Source: Terriglobia bacterium
GTDB taxonomy: Bacteria; Acidobacteriota; Terriglobia; 20CM-2-55-15
NCBI GenBank assembly: GCA_963664115.2
Contig: CAXWPJ010000005.1
Coordinates: 64,001 to 128,000, forward strand
Direction of reading: 5' to 3'
Length of the DNA: 64,000 bases
Shown here: one piece after another, positions 47,899-60,432 of the stretch
Layout of the letters: each line of letters opens with the position of its first letter
How positions within the stretch are numbered: position 1 is the stretch's first letter
Translations under genes and position numbers: made by a program
Notes under the pieces: generated by a model
Databases searched by the model: none
What the model saw: only the letters and a program-made list of their open reading frames with translations
What the model was told of the DNA's origin: nothing

Positions 47899-48861
47899 AT
47901 GGTCTCGACTCAGGCGACGAGCGTTCAGGAACAAAGCCGTCGGGCTGAGCTTGTGCCCGCTTCTATTTATATCCTGATCGCCTGTCTGATCTGGGTGCCC
48001 CTCGTCTTCGTGATCACGGGACTGAATCCATTTCGTTTGTTCAATTCGATAGAGGCCCTTCTGGCGACGCTGATGTTCGTCGGTGGCGCGATGATTGCCA
48101 GTGCCACGGCTGTCGGTGGCGGGATCGTGTTCAATCCCATGCTCGGGCTGATCTTTGGCATTAGCGGTTTTTCGGCGCTCACACTCGCCGTCATCGTTCA
48201 GTGTACCGGCATGACAAGTGGCGCTTATGGCTGGTACAGGCAGGGTGAGTTTGCACGGGTCGACCGATCCCAACTGGTGGCGATGGCATTGTGCGCCTGC
48301 GGTTCGAGCGTGTTCTTTTCGCTGTTGTTTCTCCTGGCGATAACACGCCTGCCCTCGGGACCCCTGCTTTCTGCCATGAAGGCCGCGTCCGCGCTCGTTT
48401 CGTTTTATGTTGCGAAGTTGTTGTGGAATGAGATCAAGGATCGGCGGGGGGACGACCCTGGGATCGAGCAGGCCAGACCACTAACCGTGGACTGGAGGAT
48501 CTATCCGTGGATCACCGTCGGCGCCCTGCTTAATGTTACGACTGCAGTGGGAATATGGGGGCTGAGTTGTTCCCACATCATGAAGTATTACCCGGCGTCC
48601 GCAAAGCAGGCCATTGCCGTGGGCGTGATGATGCAGGCCGTTGCTGTCCTCAGCCAGACCGTGATCATTTTCTTATTCATGCTCGATTACGTGCTTGTGC
48701 CCATGGTGTGTGTGGGCGTGCTGATGACCCTGATCGGTGGTCGCCTGGCGGCATACATAATGACGCGCGGCTTTATCGAACCCTATGTCAAGCATGCCTT
48801 GACTCTGACGGCCCTGGGCATGGGCATGACGTCTCTGATTTTGCTGCTGTTGAGCTCTTGA
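47899..48861 (+). CDS. TSUP (TauE/SafE) family membrane transporter
   Basis: ATAVGGGIVFNP motif, multiple TM helices. Confidence 0.7.
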   Translation: MVSTQATSVQEQSRRAELVPASIYILIACLIWVPLVFVITGLNPFRLFNSIEALLATLMFVGGAMIASATAVGGGIVFNPMLGLIFGISGFSALTLAVIVQCTGMTSGAYGWYRQGEFARVDRSQLVAMALCACGSSVFFSLLFLLAITRLPSGPLLSAMKAASALVSFYVAKLLWNEIKDRRGDDPGIEQARPLTVDWRIYPWITVGALLNVTTAVGIWGLSCSHIMKYYPASAKQAIAVGVMMQAVAVLSQTVIIFLFMLDYVLVPMVCVGVLMTLIGGRLAAYIMTRGFIEPYVKHALTLTALGMGMTSLILLLLSS

Positions 48862-48967
48862 CCTGGTGACGGAGATCGATTGTTGATGCGACAGGCCTGC
48901 AGATTTTCGCCAACAGTGCAATTCGGTCTCCGTCGCCAAACTTTGAAGAGACGCCGATGTCTGCTTG

Positions 48968-51454
<2,487 letters not shown>

Positions 51455-51524
51455 TTAACGACCGAGCAATATCTTGTGTCGTGAACTTCTGACCGAGGCC
51501 TCTCGCGTTAGCCACACCTTCCGA

Positions 51525-52388
51525 CTATCTCAATTCCGTCATGAATCCGGGAAGACCCCATTGCATCTGCAAGCTGTCGGGGGTGTATGCGGGATATTCC
51601 ATACCCAGAATTCTGCCGATTTCTTCCTGCGTTCTGCCCTCCCGTATCAGGCCCGTCACGCGGTCCCGCAACACGACTACGTTTTCCCTGTATGTTTGAA
51701 GGCCTGCAGGGTCGGTGACCGTACCGTGGCCCGGGATTACGGTGTCGAAGTCGAATTCCTCGAGCATCGCTTCGACACTGCTGGACCATTCGACGATGCT
51801 GCCGCCACCGTTGTAATCGATCAGGGGCGTTGTGCCGGCCATCATGTCGCCCATGTGAACGGTTCGCTGTGCCGGGAAGTAGATGATGGCATCACTATTG
51901 GTATGGCCACGGCCGAAGTGCCGGGCACGCACTTCTTGACCACCCAGGAATATAGACATTTCTTCAGTGAAGGCCAGGCGTGCGGGAACGATTCCCGGTG
52001 GGGCATTGGACTGTTTGTTTTCAAGGATGTTGGTTCGTGCATTCCGTGTAGAAATCACCTCGGCGACGGAGAGGAACCTTGAATTTCCCCCGCTGTGATC
52101 GGCGTGATAGTGCGTGTTGATCACGTACCGGACGGGCTCGTCTGTGACACTTCTGACGTTTTCCATGATCGCGTCGTAGTTTTGCTCGAACTTGTCGTCG
52201 ATCAAAATGACGCCCTCAGTCGTTACCAGAACCGCGACGTTTCCACCGCTGCCCACGATGTTGTAGAGATTGTCCGTGACCTCTGCAATTGTGAGCTGCG
52301 GGTTCCCCTGCTCCATCGCTCCGGTAACGGCCGCGAAACCGGCCCCTAGAATCGCCGCCAGACTGATGATCAGAATTCGTGTGTGCAC
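51525..52388 (-). CDS. secreted MBL-fold metallo-hydrolase
   Basis: Signal peptide, NTHYHADHSGGN, GHT, MGD, IPGHG; GTG start after GGAGG. Confidence 0.88.
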   Translation of the reverse strand: MHTRILIISLAAILGAGFAAVTGAMEQGNPQLTIAEVTDNLYNIVGSGGNVAVLVTTEGVILIDDKFEQNYDAIMENVRSVTDEPVRYVINTHYHADHSGGNSRFLSVAEVISTRNARTNILENKQSNAPPGIVPARLAFTEEMSIFLGGQEVRARHFGRGHTNSDAIIYFPAQRTVHMGDMMAGTTPLIDYNGGGSIVEWSSSVEAMLEEFDFDTVIPGHGTVTDPAGLQTYRENVVVLRDRVTGLIREGRTQEEIGRILGMEYPAYTPDSLQMQWGLPGFMTELR

Positions 52389-52717
52389 ATTGCCCTCCTT
52401 CGAGTCGCTTATTCGCGTATTGAACCCGGATTCTACAGCGACTTTCGTCCGGAATCCAAGAGTCGCGGGGGATTCCCCGATTAACCCATTCTGACTCCCC
52501 TGCAACGGGCGGGTCCCGACTGCGGACGCAGGGTATGGTGATCTTGAAAATCCAAGCTAAAAGGTGTCCAGAAGCCTAACAGCAAGTTATTATGAAATGA
52601 TGCGGATCGGGTTCTTTTACGCTTGACCGAACTTGCTGGCAAGACTACGATCCGTCGAAAACAGCAATCGTATGAAAGTGCATGAATTTGCCTAGCAGGA
52701 AAAGGGGGGTTGTAACC

Positions 52718-53193
52718 ATGAAGCTTCTTGTTTCTTTAGTATCGGCCGTTGTTCTCATGACGCTGAGTTCCCCGGCGTCGGCGCACCACTCGTTCAACAC
52801 GTTTTTTTCCATGGAGGGGACGGTCGAAATCGAGGGTCTCGTGAAGTCGTTCAAGCTCGTCAGTCCGCATTCGGAGATGATGGTCGAGGTCACCGAGCCG
52901 GATGGCACGATCGCACTCTGGCGGATTACGGCGAGAACCGGAGCGGTGAACGCGAGAAGGGCCGGTTGGAGGCCTGAGGACTTTATCGGCCATACGGTCA
53001 AGATCGAAGGCAACCCTGCCCGGAGGGAAGGCGCGACGGTTGGAGGCCTGAGGACTTTATCGGCCATACGGTCAAGATCGAAGGCAACCCTGCCCGGAGG
53101 GAAGGCGCGACGGCTATGGCGGCTGGAGTGGTGACTTTTCCGGATGGAAAGATCGTGTGTCTGGGAGGGTGTCCCGGGGTACCGGAACAGTAG
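52718..53193 (+). pseudogene. DUF6152-like secreted protein frameshifted by a 74-bp tandem duplication
   Basis: Signal peptide followed by AHHSF and SPHS; removing one repeat copy restores a 133-aa ORF ending ...VVTFPDGKIVCLGGCPGVPEQ. Confidence 0.8.
52963..53110 (+). repeat. exact 2 x 74-bp tandem duplication
   Basis: 52963-53036 is identical to 53037-53110; CGG microhomology at the junctions. Confidence 0.95.
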
Positions 53194-53290
53194 AGCTCAA
53201 GCTAAGCAAAGGACTTAGACGACACAACGCGCCGTCCCCTGCGTCTGGGAAAAACTCAGCGCTTTGGCCGGGAGTAATTCAGGAGTAAGA

Positions 53291-54127
53291 ATGACGACGC
53301 GTGCGATCACGGAGACGGCGACGGGCAATGGAGAGTTGAAGGCGCCAATAGCGGGCGCCTTCTTGTGTCTGGTGCTTTTGTTTGGAACTGGAACCCCAGA
53401 CCTCGCGGCCCAGACTGACGAACAGTTCTTCAAGTCTTTCCCTTACATAGGTAACTGGGATGCCGGGGTCGGAAATCCTGATGGTCAGGATCGCGGAAAT
53501 TGCGGCGGCCGTCTCGGAGACTACGGCGAAAAATTGTTGAACTGTTCCCTGCCTGTCGACCAACTCCCGTTAAACAAGCGAGGAGAGGCATGGCTGAAGT
53601 TCATAGACCACCGTGCATCACCGGCCCTGTCGGAGTGCGCGGAGGTGGCCGTCCCGGCCTTGTTGGGCAGTGGGGTCTATATCTCTGGATATCCCGACCG
53701 ATTGGAGTTTCAGCACGGGGACCCATCGGGCCTGATTACCCGGCACATCTGGATGGATGGGCGCGGGCACCCGGAGGCCAGAAAGCTCTTCCAACACGGG
53801 CATTCCATAGGCTGGTGGGATGGAGATGATCTCGTTGTTGAAGCGACCAACTTCACATTTGATCCGGACGGCATCGATGATCACCTTCATATGGCCTCTT
53901 CTGTGCGAAAGAAGATCACCGAGCGCTATCAGATTATTGATGAGAACAACCTGAGGCTCGTAATCATTCTGGAAGATCCGACTTTTCTGACGCGGCCCTT
54001 CAAGTACGCTTATGTCCTGAACAAGCAGTCCGGGGGCCCCAATACCGCTTGGCGCGCCTGCGACCCTGCGGTGGCAAGGAACGAAGTAATATACGCCTAT
54101 CCCGGCGACAAGTATCCGGAGAATTGA
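53291..54127 (+). CDS. secreted hypothetical protein (type often adjacent to DUF6152 genes)
   Basis: RHIWMDGRGHP, GHSIGWWDGDDLVVE, ITERY, EDPTFLT; AGGAG before ATG 53291. Confidence 0.75.
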   Translation: MTTRAITETATGNGELKAPIAGAFLCLVLLFGTGTPDLAAQTDEQFFKSFPYIGNWDAGVGNPDGQDRGNCGGRLGDYGEKLLNCSLPVDQLPLNKRGEAWLKFIDHRASPALSECAEVAVPALLGSGVYISGYPDRLEFQHGDPSGLITRHIWMDGRGHPEARKLFQHGHSIGWWDGDDLVVEATNFTFDPDGIDDHLHMASSVRKKITERYQIIDENNLRLVIILEDPTFLTRPFKYAYVLNKQSGGPNTAWRACDPAVARNEVIYAYPGDKYPEN

Positions 54128-54274
54128 CCTGATAGATAGAGTCTGGATTTGAACCCGAATGCGCCGCCTGAGACTATCGGGTCAGGCTTCTTTCTGTAAG
54201 CGAACCCCCGCGACCGGCTGGTTTTTACGGCGACGACCGATGAGACTCGAATCCATACTACGAGGAGAGAGGCT

Positions 54275-55375
54275 ATGACACGCTATCTGGCACCTGCGCT
54301 GTGCAGTGTTTTGCTGTTGTTCGGTTGGGCTCGGACTGCGAACGCCCAATCCGACGACGCCCAGACCCATGTCGCAGCAGCCCGTGCTGCTGTCGCACCG
54401 AGTGTTGAAAATCCGCTGCAACCCTTTCATGTTTTCGACCGTCTGCATGACCAGATGTGCGCGGAACCTACGCTGCCGGATGCGATGCGCCAGCAGGACC
54501 GAACGGCCGTACGGCCACGCGAAGACTGGTATCAACCACCGGCTATCATTTTTGACAACCTGTATTTTATCGGTACGAGCGGGGCGGGTGTGTTTGCGGT
54601 CAACACCTCCGAGGGGATTATCGTCATCGACACCAGTTACCACTACAGCAGCGAAGAATTAGTCCTCGGCCTGCTCCAGTTTGGCCTCGATCCCGAAGAC
54701 ATCAAGTACATCGTTGTCAGCCACGGTCATGACGATAGATTTTTTGGAGCCAGTGTTCTCCAGAAGTCGTACCCATCCGCAAGGATCGTGATGTCCGAAG
54801 CGGATTGGGAGGTTGTCGAAAACGACAACAATCCGGCGGAACTGAAACCGACACGGGACATGGTGGCAACCGACGGCATGCGGTTGACGCTCGGGGAGAC
54901 CACCGTCACGCTCTACGTCACGCCCGGCCATACTCCGGGTACGCTGTCGATGATCATTGAGCCGCTCTGGAATCAAAAGAGCGTGAATTCAGACGACGAT
55001 CGCCATGTGGCTGTTTTCTGGGGTGGCACCGACATCACCATCGGGCGACAGGGGGTCCGGTATTTCCCGGATGGAGTCACGATGATGGAGACCTGGGTCG
55101 CATCCACCGAGCGCTTTAAGAATATTGTGGCAGAGGCCGGTGTGGACACGATTCTCACCCAGACCGTGAGGCACGCCAATATGCTTGAAAAGATGCGCGC
55201 CTGGCGGATCATGAATCCCGACGAATCGGGCGGTGGAAATCCCGACGGGATCCTTGCCGAGGTGCAGAGATTAGAGGGGGAGCCTCATTCTTTCGTTAAC
55301 GCAGATGCGGTTGACCGATATTTCACAGTTCTTCTTGAATGCTATAAGGCGCAGCTGGCATGGAGGACTGAGTAG
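54275..55375 (+). CDS. secreted MBL-fold protein (subclass B3-like)
   Basis: Signal peptide; IFDNLYFIG, IDT, SHGHDDR, TPGHTPG. Confidence 0.85.
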   Translation: MTRYLAPALCSVLLLFGWARTANAQSDDAQTHVAAARAAVAPSVENPLQPFHVFDRLHDQMCAEPTLPDAMRQQDRTAVRPREDWYQPPAIIFDNLYFIGTSGAGVFAVNTSEGIIVIDTSYHYSSEELVLGLLQFGLDPEDIKYIVVSHGHDDRFFGASVLQKSYPSARIVMSEADWEVVENDNNPAELKPTRDMVATDGMRLTLGETTVTLYVTPGHTPGTLSMIIEPLWNQKSVNSDDDRHVAVFWGGTDITIGRQGVRYFPDGVTMMETWVASTERFKNIVAEAGVDTILTQTVRHANMLEKMRAWRIMNPDESGGGNPDGILAEVQRLEGEPHSFVNADAVDRYFTVLLECYKAQLAWRTE

Positions 55376-55606
55376 CGTTATTGGAGAACGTGCTTCGAAT
55401 CGTGGGCCGGGAGCGCGCTCCGAAACTGTGGGATGCAGTGCGGGAACCCCGCCCCGCACTCCATCACCGCGGATCTCGTTTTTCTTTCGCATACTTGCCT
55501 TGTAGCGGCTTATGGTTTCCAATGACCGTTCTTTGAAGGCGACACAAACCTGAGGGTGCATCAGGTCTCGTTGTCGCTCCTAAGTAGTACCTCCAGATAA
55601 AAATAG

Positions 55607-56113
55607 ATGGAATCATTTTTTATCCTGCTGGAACAGAGTAGCTTGCCCGCGTGGATCCGCGAAGGCGGGACGCTCACGGGATATCCTCTCGTTCTCTTTT
55701 TGCACACGCTTGGCCTGAGCGTGCTCGTCGGTCTCAGCGTGGCACTGGATTTCCGGCTGCTCGGTTTTGCTCCTGGAATTCCGTTGCGGGCCCTGGTCAG
55801 AGCCTACCCCCTCATGTGGGCGGGGTTCGCGCTGAACGCTGCGACGGGTGCTCTGCTATTCGCCGCGGATGCCACAAGGCATTTCTCGAATCCGGCCTTT
55901 TTTGTGAAACTCGTTTGCGTCGCGTTCGCCGTCGTATGCCTGGTGCTGCTCCGGAACGTGGTGTCCCGGAAAAATTCTGCCGATGCAGGTCCTGTCGATG
56001 AGGGCCGGGTCGGGATGCGTGGCAAGGTGTTGGCGGCGTCGTCGCTGGGGGCCTGGTTTGTCGCTATTGGGGCTGCACGCCTCATGGCGTACATCAATGA
56101 GTTCATTCAATAA
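55607..56113 (+). CDS. DUF6644-like 4-TM membrane protein
   Basis: LHTLGLSVLVG..LDFRLLG, TGALLF, NPAFFVK, ARLMAY. Confidence 0.7.
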   Translation: MESFFILLEQSSLPAWIREGGTLTGYPLVLFLHTLGLSVLVGLSVALDFRLLGFAPGIPLRALVRAYPLMWAGFALNAATGALLFAADATRHFSNPAFFVKLVCVAFAVVCLVLLRNVVSRKNSADAGPVDEGRVGMRGKVLAASSLGAWFVAIGAARLMAYINEFIQ

Positions 56114-56181
56114 GCGTAAGCCAGCGTTGACGATCCTCTTCTGGGGCGCCGCAGCTGGCCGGCGCGTGTAGAAATCTAGAT

Positions 56182-57111
56182 ATGAACCTGGCACATTTGC
56201 ACGTTCTGCTCAATCACTTCCCGACCATCGGGACTGTTGTGGGTTTTGGACTCTTTCTGGTGGCGCTTGTCTGGAAGAGCGAGGACCTGAAACGCGCCAG
56301 CCTCGGCGTTTTCGTCGTAATTGCGCTCGTGTCGATACCTGCCTACCTGAGTGGAAATGCTGCTCAGCTGATACTTGAAGGTGCGCCGGACATTTCGGAA
56401 GCCACGATTGAAGCGCACGAGGACGCCGCGCTGCTGGCGTTCGTATTTATGGGGCTTACCGGGTTGGTCTCCTGGTTGGTGCTGTGGCAGTTTCGCCGGC
56501 TTTCGAATTTCGTTAATTGGAACATGCCGGCCGTCCTGCTTCTTTCAGCGGTGACCGTGGGGCTGATGGCAAGAGCTGCCAACCTGGGTGGTGAGATCAA
56601 TCATCCGGAAATTCGGCCGGACTCGGTAGCGGGGCCTGAAGCGGCATGGCTCCAGACTGCAGCGATCGCGTCGGCGTTCGTGTTCGACAACCCATGGGTG
56701 TGGCCGATCAACGAGATCTTCCATTTCGTGGGGCTTTGTATCCTGTTTGGCGTTGTATTGCTCGTCAACTTGAGATTGCTCGGAGTGATCAAGGGCGTTT
56801 CGTTCGCGGCCCTCCATCAAATGTTGCCGTGGGTGATCGTTGGTTTCGTCATCAATGTGGTAACCGGAATGCTGTTCTTCGTCGCAAACCATGCTCAGTA
56901 CGTTGCGAACCCCGCATTTCAATGGAAGATGGTCCTACTGCTGCTCGCTGGCGTCAACTTTCTCTACCTTACCGTTTATGACGAAGGGTGGGCCCTGGGG
57001 CCGGACGACAACCCTCCCCGACTGACCAGGGTATTAGCGGCGAGTTCGATTGTCTTCTGGGTCGGTGTAATATTCCTGGGACGGTGGCTGCCCTACATCG
57101 GCAGCGAGTGA
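56182..57111 (+). CDS. DUF2231-like plus DUF6644-like fused membrane protein
   Basis: HLHVLLNHFP, IEAHE, LGGEINHPE; second half FHFVG..NLRLLG, NPAFQWK, GRWLPY. Confidence 0.7.
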   Translation: MNLAHLHVLLNHFPTIGTVVGFGLFLVALVWKSEDLKRASLGVFVVIALVSIPAYLSGNAAQLILEGAPDISEATIEAHEDAALLAFVFMGLTGLVSWLVLWQFRRLSNFVNWNMPAVLLLSAVTVGLMARAANLGGEINHPEIRPDSVAGPEAAWLQTAAIASAFVFDNPWVWPINEIFHFVGLCILFGVVLLVNLRLLGVIKGVSFAALHQMLPWVIVGFVINVVTGMLFFVANHAQYVANPAFQWKMVLLLLAGVNFLYLTVYDEGWALGPDDNPPRLTRVLAASSIVFWVGVIFLGRWLPYIGSE

Positions 57112-57236
57112 GCGCCAGGATGGAGACGATGGGGTGTCCAGACTTTGTCGCGCCCTTTAGGCTGTGATATACCTGTCGCCTGAATCCACCACACCTTGGG
57201 ATGCCTGTGTTTGTTGAGCTAATAAGGAGTTATGTG

Positions 57237-58427
57237 ATGAAGTATGCGCTTCCAGGCAGACGCTTTTGTGCCCCTCTTTTTACGACCGTTCTGGTCCTGA
57301 CGCTGACGGGGGGGTGCGCCTCCGACGCTGTCACCTCAGAGCCTGCTCCGGACGCGGTTGCAGATTCGGGCGTGCGCTTGTTCGAGACCGAAGATTACTC
57401 AATCCGTGTCGTAACACTCGCCGAGGGTCTGACCTATCCCTACGGCCTGGCGTTCCTGCCCGACGGCACGATGCTTCTGACCGAACTGGAAGGCCGGCTG
57501 CGCTACGTTCGCAACGGGATGTTGGAGCCGGAGTCGATCGCCGGCGTCCCGGAGGTGTATTACGTTCCCGGTCGCGGCGGGTTGATGGACGTCATTCTCC
57601 ATCCCGATTTCGAGGAAAACCAGTGGATCTATTTCACCTATGACAAAGCCGGTGAACTCGGAGCGACCCCGGCCGTGGCTCGGGGCACTCTGGACGGGAA
57701 TCAGCTTAGGGACGTGAAGGACATTTTCGTCGCCGACGCATGGGCGATGGCCGACGGGCATCTCTCTTCCTACATCCGGTTCACGCCGGACGGTATGTTG
57801 TATTTTTCGACTGCTGAGCGGAATGAGCCGATGCGTGCCCAGGATACGACTGACCATGCCGGCAAGCTCCTGCGGCTCCATGACGACGGCACTGTTCCCA
57901 GTGATAATCCTTTCGTGGGTCGTGAGGGCTACCGTGACGAAATCTTTGCCTACGGGCATCGCGACATCCATGGGATGACGGTCCACCCGGAAACAGGCGA
58001 AGTCTGGACAAACGAGCACGGAGACGAATTCAATATCGCGCGCCCCGGCCTCAACCATGGGTGGCCTTACGTTTCAACCCGAGGTCCGAGTGAGACGCCT
58101 GCGCCCGAGGGAGTTGAACTGACCGCACCGTACATGTACTGGAATCCGGGGATCAATGTTTCCGGAATGTTCTTTTACACTGGAGATACTTTTCCCGAGT
58201 GGAAGGGCGATCTCTTTGTGAGCGGTCTGGCTGGACAGCAGGTGCAGCGCATCACTTTCACCGAGGATCCTCCCGACACCAGCGTGCCTGCGTCGGGCGA
58301 AATCCGCGAACCGCTGTTCGATATTGGAACCCGGGTCCGTGATGCAAGGGAAGGGCCTGATGGCCTGATCTACTTTGTGACTGATGAAGCCGAGGGTCGT
58401 CTGATGCGGATTGAACCGGCGCCTTAA
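57237..58427 (+). CDS. PQQ-dependent sugar dehydrogenase (soluble GSDH/YliI family) lipoprotein
   Basis: LTGGC lipobox, LAFLPDG, GGLMDVILHPDF, GKLLRL..DGTVPSDNPF, YGHRD, NHGWP, RVRD..GPDG. Confidence 0.9.
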   Translation: MKYALPGRRFCAPLFTTVLVLTLTGGCASDAVTSEPAPDAVADSGVRLFETEDYSIRVVTLAEGLTYPYGLAFLPDGTMLLTELEGRLRYVRNGMLEPESIAGVPEVYYVPGRGGLMDVILHPDFEENQWIYFTYDKAGELGATPAVARGTLDGNQLRDVKDIFVADAWAMADGHLSSYIRFTPDGMLYFSTAERNEPMRAQDTTDHAGKLLRLHDDGTVPSDNPFVGREGYRDEIFAYGHRDIHGMTVHPETGEVWTNEHGDEFNIARPGLNHGWPYVSTRGPSETPAPEGVELTAPYMYWNPGINVSGMFFYTGDTFPEWKGDLFVSGLAGQQVQRITFTEDPPDTSVPASGEIREPLFDIGTRVRDAREGPDGLIYFVTDEAEGRLMRIEPAP

Positions 58428-58449
58428 TCCGGGAACCGAACGAGCAGAA

Positions 58450-59928
58450 TCAAGATTTTCTTGGAGACAGCGATCCCCCGACGGCGATCGCGAGGTTTAC
58501 CGCTAAACCGTACAGGCCGGGGTGAAAACCCCACACCTTGCCTCCCACGACAAAATCGAAAGGTCCGAATGCGAGAGATAAGGCCACAATCAATCCCGCG
58601 ACCAGTCCGGTCAGTGTCGGTCCCGTCTTCAAGCCCGGCCAATGGATGCCGATCATGAACGCCGGAACGAGCTGAACCAGCACGTCGAACTTACGATCGA
58701 TCAGCGTGATCAGGGAAGTCTGGTCTTTCAGAAGAATGGCCAGTACGGCCAGTGCGGCGAGGACAGCCCAGGAACAACGTTTTCCGATCCGGGTGAGTCC
58801 GGACTCCGGCGCAGTCGGGCTGAAATGGACGCTATAAATGTCCTTAGTAAACATTGAAGATATCGAGAGCATTGCCGAGTCCGCTGTCGACATGAGCGCA
58901 GCCAGTACGGCACTGAAGATCAGGACGACGAGTCCGTAACCGAGAGCGGAGCTTTCCTGAACAACACGCAGGACGCGGGCCATCGCCTGGTCGGTCGCAG
59001 CACCTTCCAGTCCCGGGATGTAGGCCAGTGCGTAGATTCCGGCGACAACTGCGATCAGCGCAGTTGTAAATGGCAGAAAGGCCATGACGGCCATGCTGCG
59101 GTTCAACACCCGTTTCGATTTTGCGGCATAAATCCGTTGGATCGCGTGGGGATAGAGTGCTCCACCCAAGCCAACAATGAGGATGTAGCTGAGCCACTGA
59201 CGCTGCATGTCCGCATCGGGTGGCGCTATCCGCGCGACGTTCGCCGAGGTCGCAATGGCTTCTGTCGCCGCCGACAGCGGGCCGAACTGCTGGATCAGCA
59301 TCGCCAGCAAGACCAAGAACCCCAGCATCAACACGCCGCCCTGAAGGACGTCCGTCCATGCGATAGCGCGGATGCCGCCCAGAGTTCCATAAATCACCAT
59401 GATCAGTGTCAGGCCGAGCACGCCGTAGTTGTAAGCCACATCGCCATACGGTCCGGCAAAGCCCTGGAGGACCCGCCCCATTGTCATCAGTTGTGCCAGG
59501 AGATAGTTGTTCAGGGCTACGATCATCACGATAGAGGCCAGCAGCGAAAGGGGTGGGGACCCGAAACGCTCCCGCACGAAATCCACTGGTGTTACATATC
59601 CCCGCGCGCGCGCCAAGGTGTGCAGCTTGGGTGCAAAGATCAGATAGCAGACGATCATCGCCAGCATGTAGTGGACGGCGATGAGCCAGCCGAAACCTTC
59701 TCTGTAGGTCGCGCCGGCTACCCCGAATATTGTGTTGCCGCTGTACTGTGTCGCGTACAGCGTCAGGAAGAGAACAAAGAAGCCGAAACCCTGGCCTCCG
59801 AGGTAGAAATCCCGAAGGGTATCTTCGCGGCGTGCGTTGTAACCGAACCAGCCGATCAATATCAGGGAGCACAGATAGATGGCGACGAAAAACCACGCAC
59901 CGATGCCGAATGGTAGAACGTCGAACAT
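58450..59928 (-). CDS. sodium:solute symporter (SSS family)
   Basis: DFYLGG, ATQYSG, GGIRAIAWTDVLQG, AALMSTADS. Confidence 0.92.
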   Translation of the reverse strand: MFDVLPFGIGAWFFVAIYLCSLILIGWFGYNARREDTLRDFYLGGQGFGFFVLFLTLYATQYSGNTIFGVAGATYREGFGWLIAVHYMLAMIVCYLIFAPKLHTLARARGYVTPVDFVRERFGSPPLSLLASIVMIVALNNYLLAQLMTMGRVLQGFAGPYGDVAYNYGVLGLTLIMVIYGTLGGIRAIAWTDVLQGGVLMLGFLVLLAMLIQQFGPLSAATEAIATSANVARIAPPDADMQRQWLSYILIVGLGGALYPHAIQRIYAAKSKRVLNRSMAVMAFLPFTTALIAVVAGIYALAYIPGLEGAATDQAMARVLRVVQESSALGYGLVVLIFSAVLAALMSTADSAMLSISSMFTKDIYSVHFSPTAPESGLTRIGKRCSWAVLAALAVLAILLKDQTSLITLIDRKFDVLVQLVPAFMIGIHWPGLKTGPTLTGLVAGLIVALSLAFGPFDFVVGGKVWGFHPGLYGLAVNLAIAVGGSLSPRKS

Positions 59929-60137
59929 CAGTTCGTGTCGTCACTGGTCCAATAGACCCAGGCTGTAAAAAGAGAGGTCGCAAATACCGCACCCAGCGTC
60001 GCCAGCGACCACAGGGGAAATCCCAATACCTGCCGTACATCACCCCCAGGCCAGTACCATGGAATGACCAGCACGAGTAGGCCGAGGTATACGAATGCAA
60101 TCCAGCGGCGGGATCTCTTTTCTTGGGATTCTTTCAT
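59928..60137 (-). CDS. small 2-TM protein accompanying the SSS transporter (DUF3311/DUF485-like)
   Basis: IPWYWP..VLGFPLW; stop codon overlaps the symporter start. Confidence 0.7.
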   Translation of the reverse strand: MKESQEKRSRRWIAFVYLGLLVLVIPWYWPGGDVRQVLGFPLWSLATLGAVFATSLFTAWVYWTSDDTN

Positions 60138-60432
60138 TCGGAGTTCCTTTCGAAACGCCATGCGAGGGCGGCTGTGCCTGCAACTGGTTATCATAAATGG
60201 AGCCGGCATCCAAATCCTGGCCCCGTGTTTCTTGATCCGTCCAGGGCTCTGTCCTGATCGAGACATGCCCCCTCACTCCGAGCCTTTCGTCGGCTTGGGT
60301 GCGATCACTTCTATCGATCATGTGCTTCAGAAACGCGGCAAAGGATGGCCCGCGCCATGCTAGGATGCCCCCATCGAATAACAACGGACGTCTAAGAGTT
60401 CGCGCACTGTTCCGCGGATACAGGAGATTTTT

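Noticed and set aside
48545-48580. Possible compensated frameshift in the TSUP gene (GIWGLSCSH looks atypical)
   Set aside because: The ORF stays open and no convincing alternative frame could be reconstructed without an alignment.
52963-53110. CRISPR-like repeat
   Set aside because: Only two adjacent copies with no spacer, inside a coding region, and no cas genes.
58844-60100. 418-aa alternative-frame ORF and other long overlapping ORFs (e.g. 42907-43971, 40326-41222, 13156-14052, 17615-18511)
   Set aside because: They overlap well-supported genes and have motif-free, Arg-rich composition typical of shadow ORFs in GC-rich DNA.
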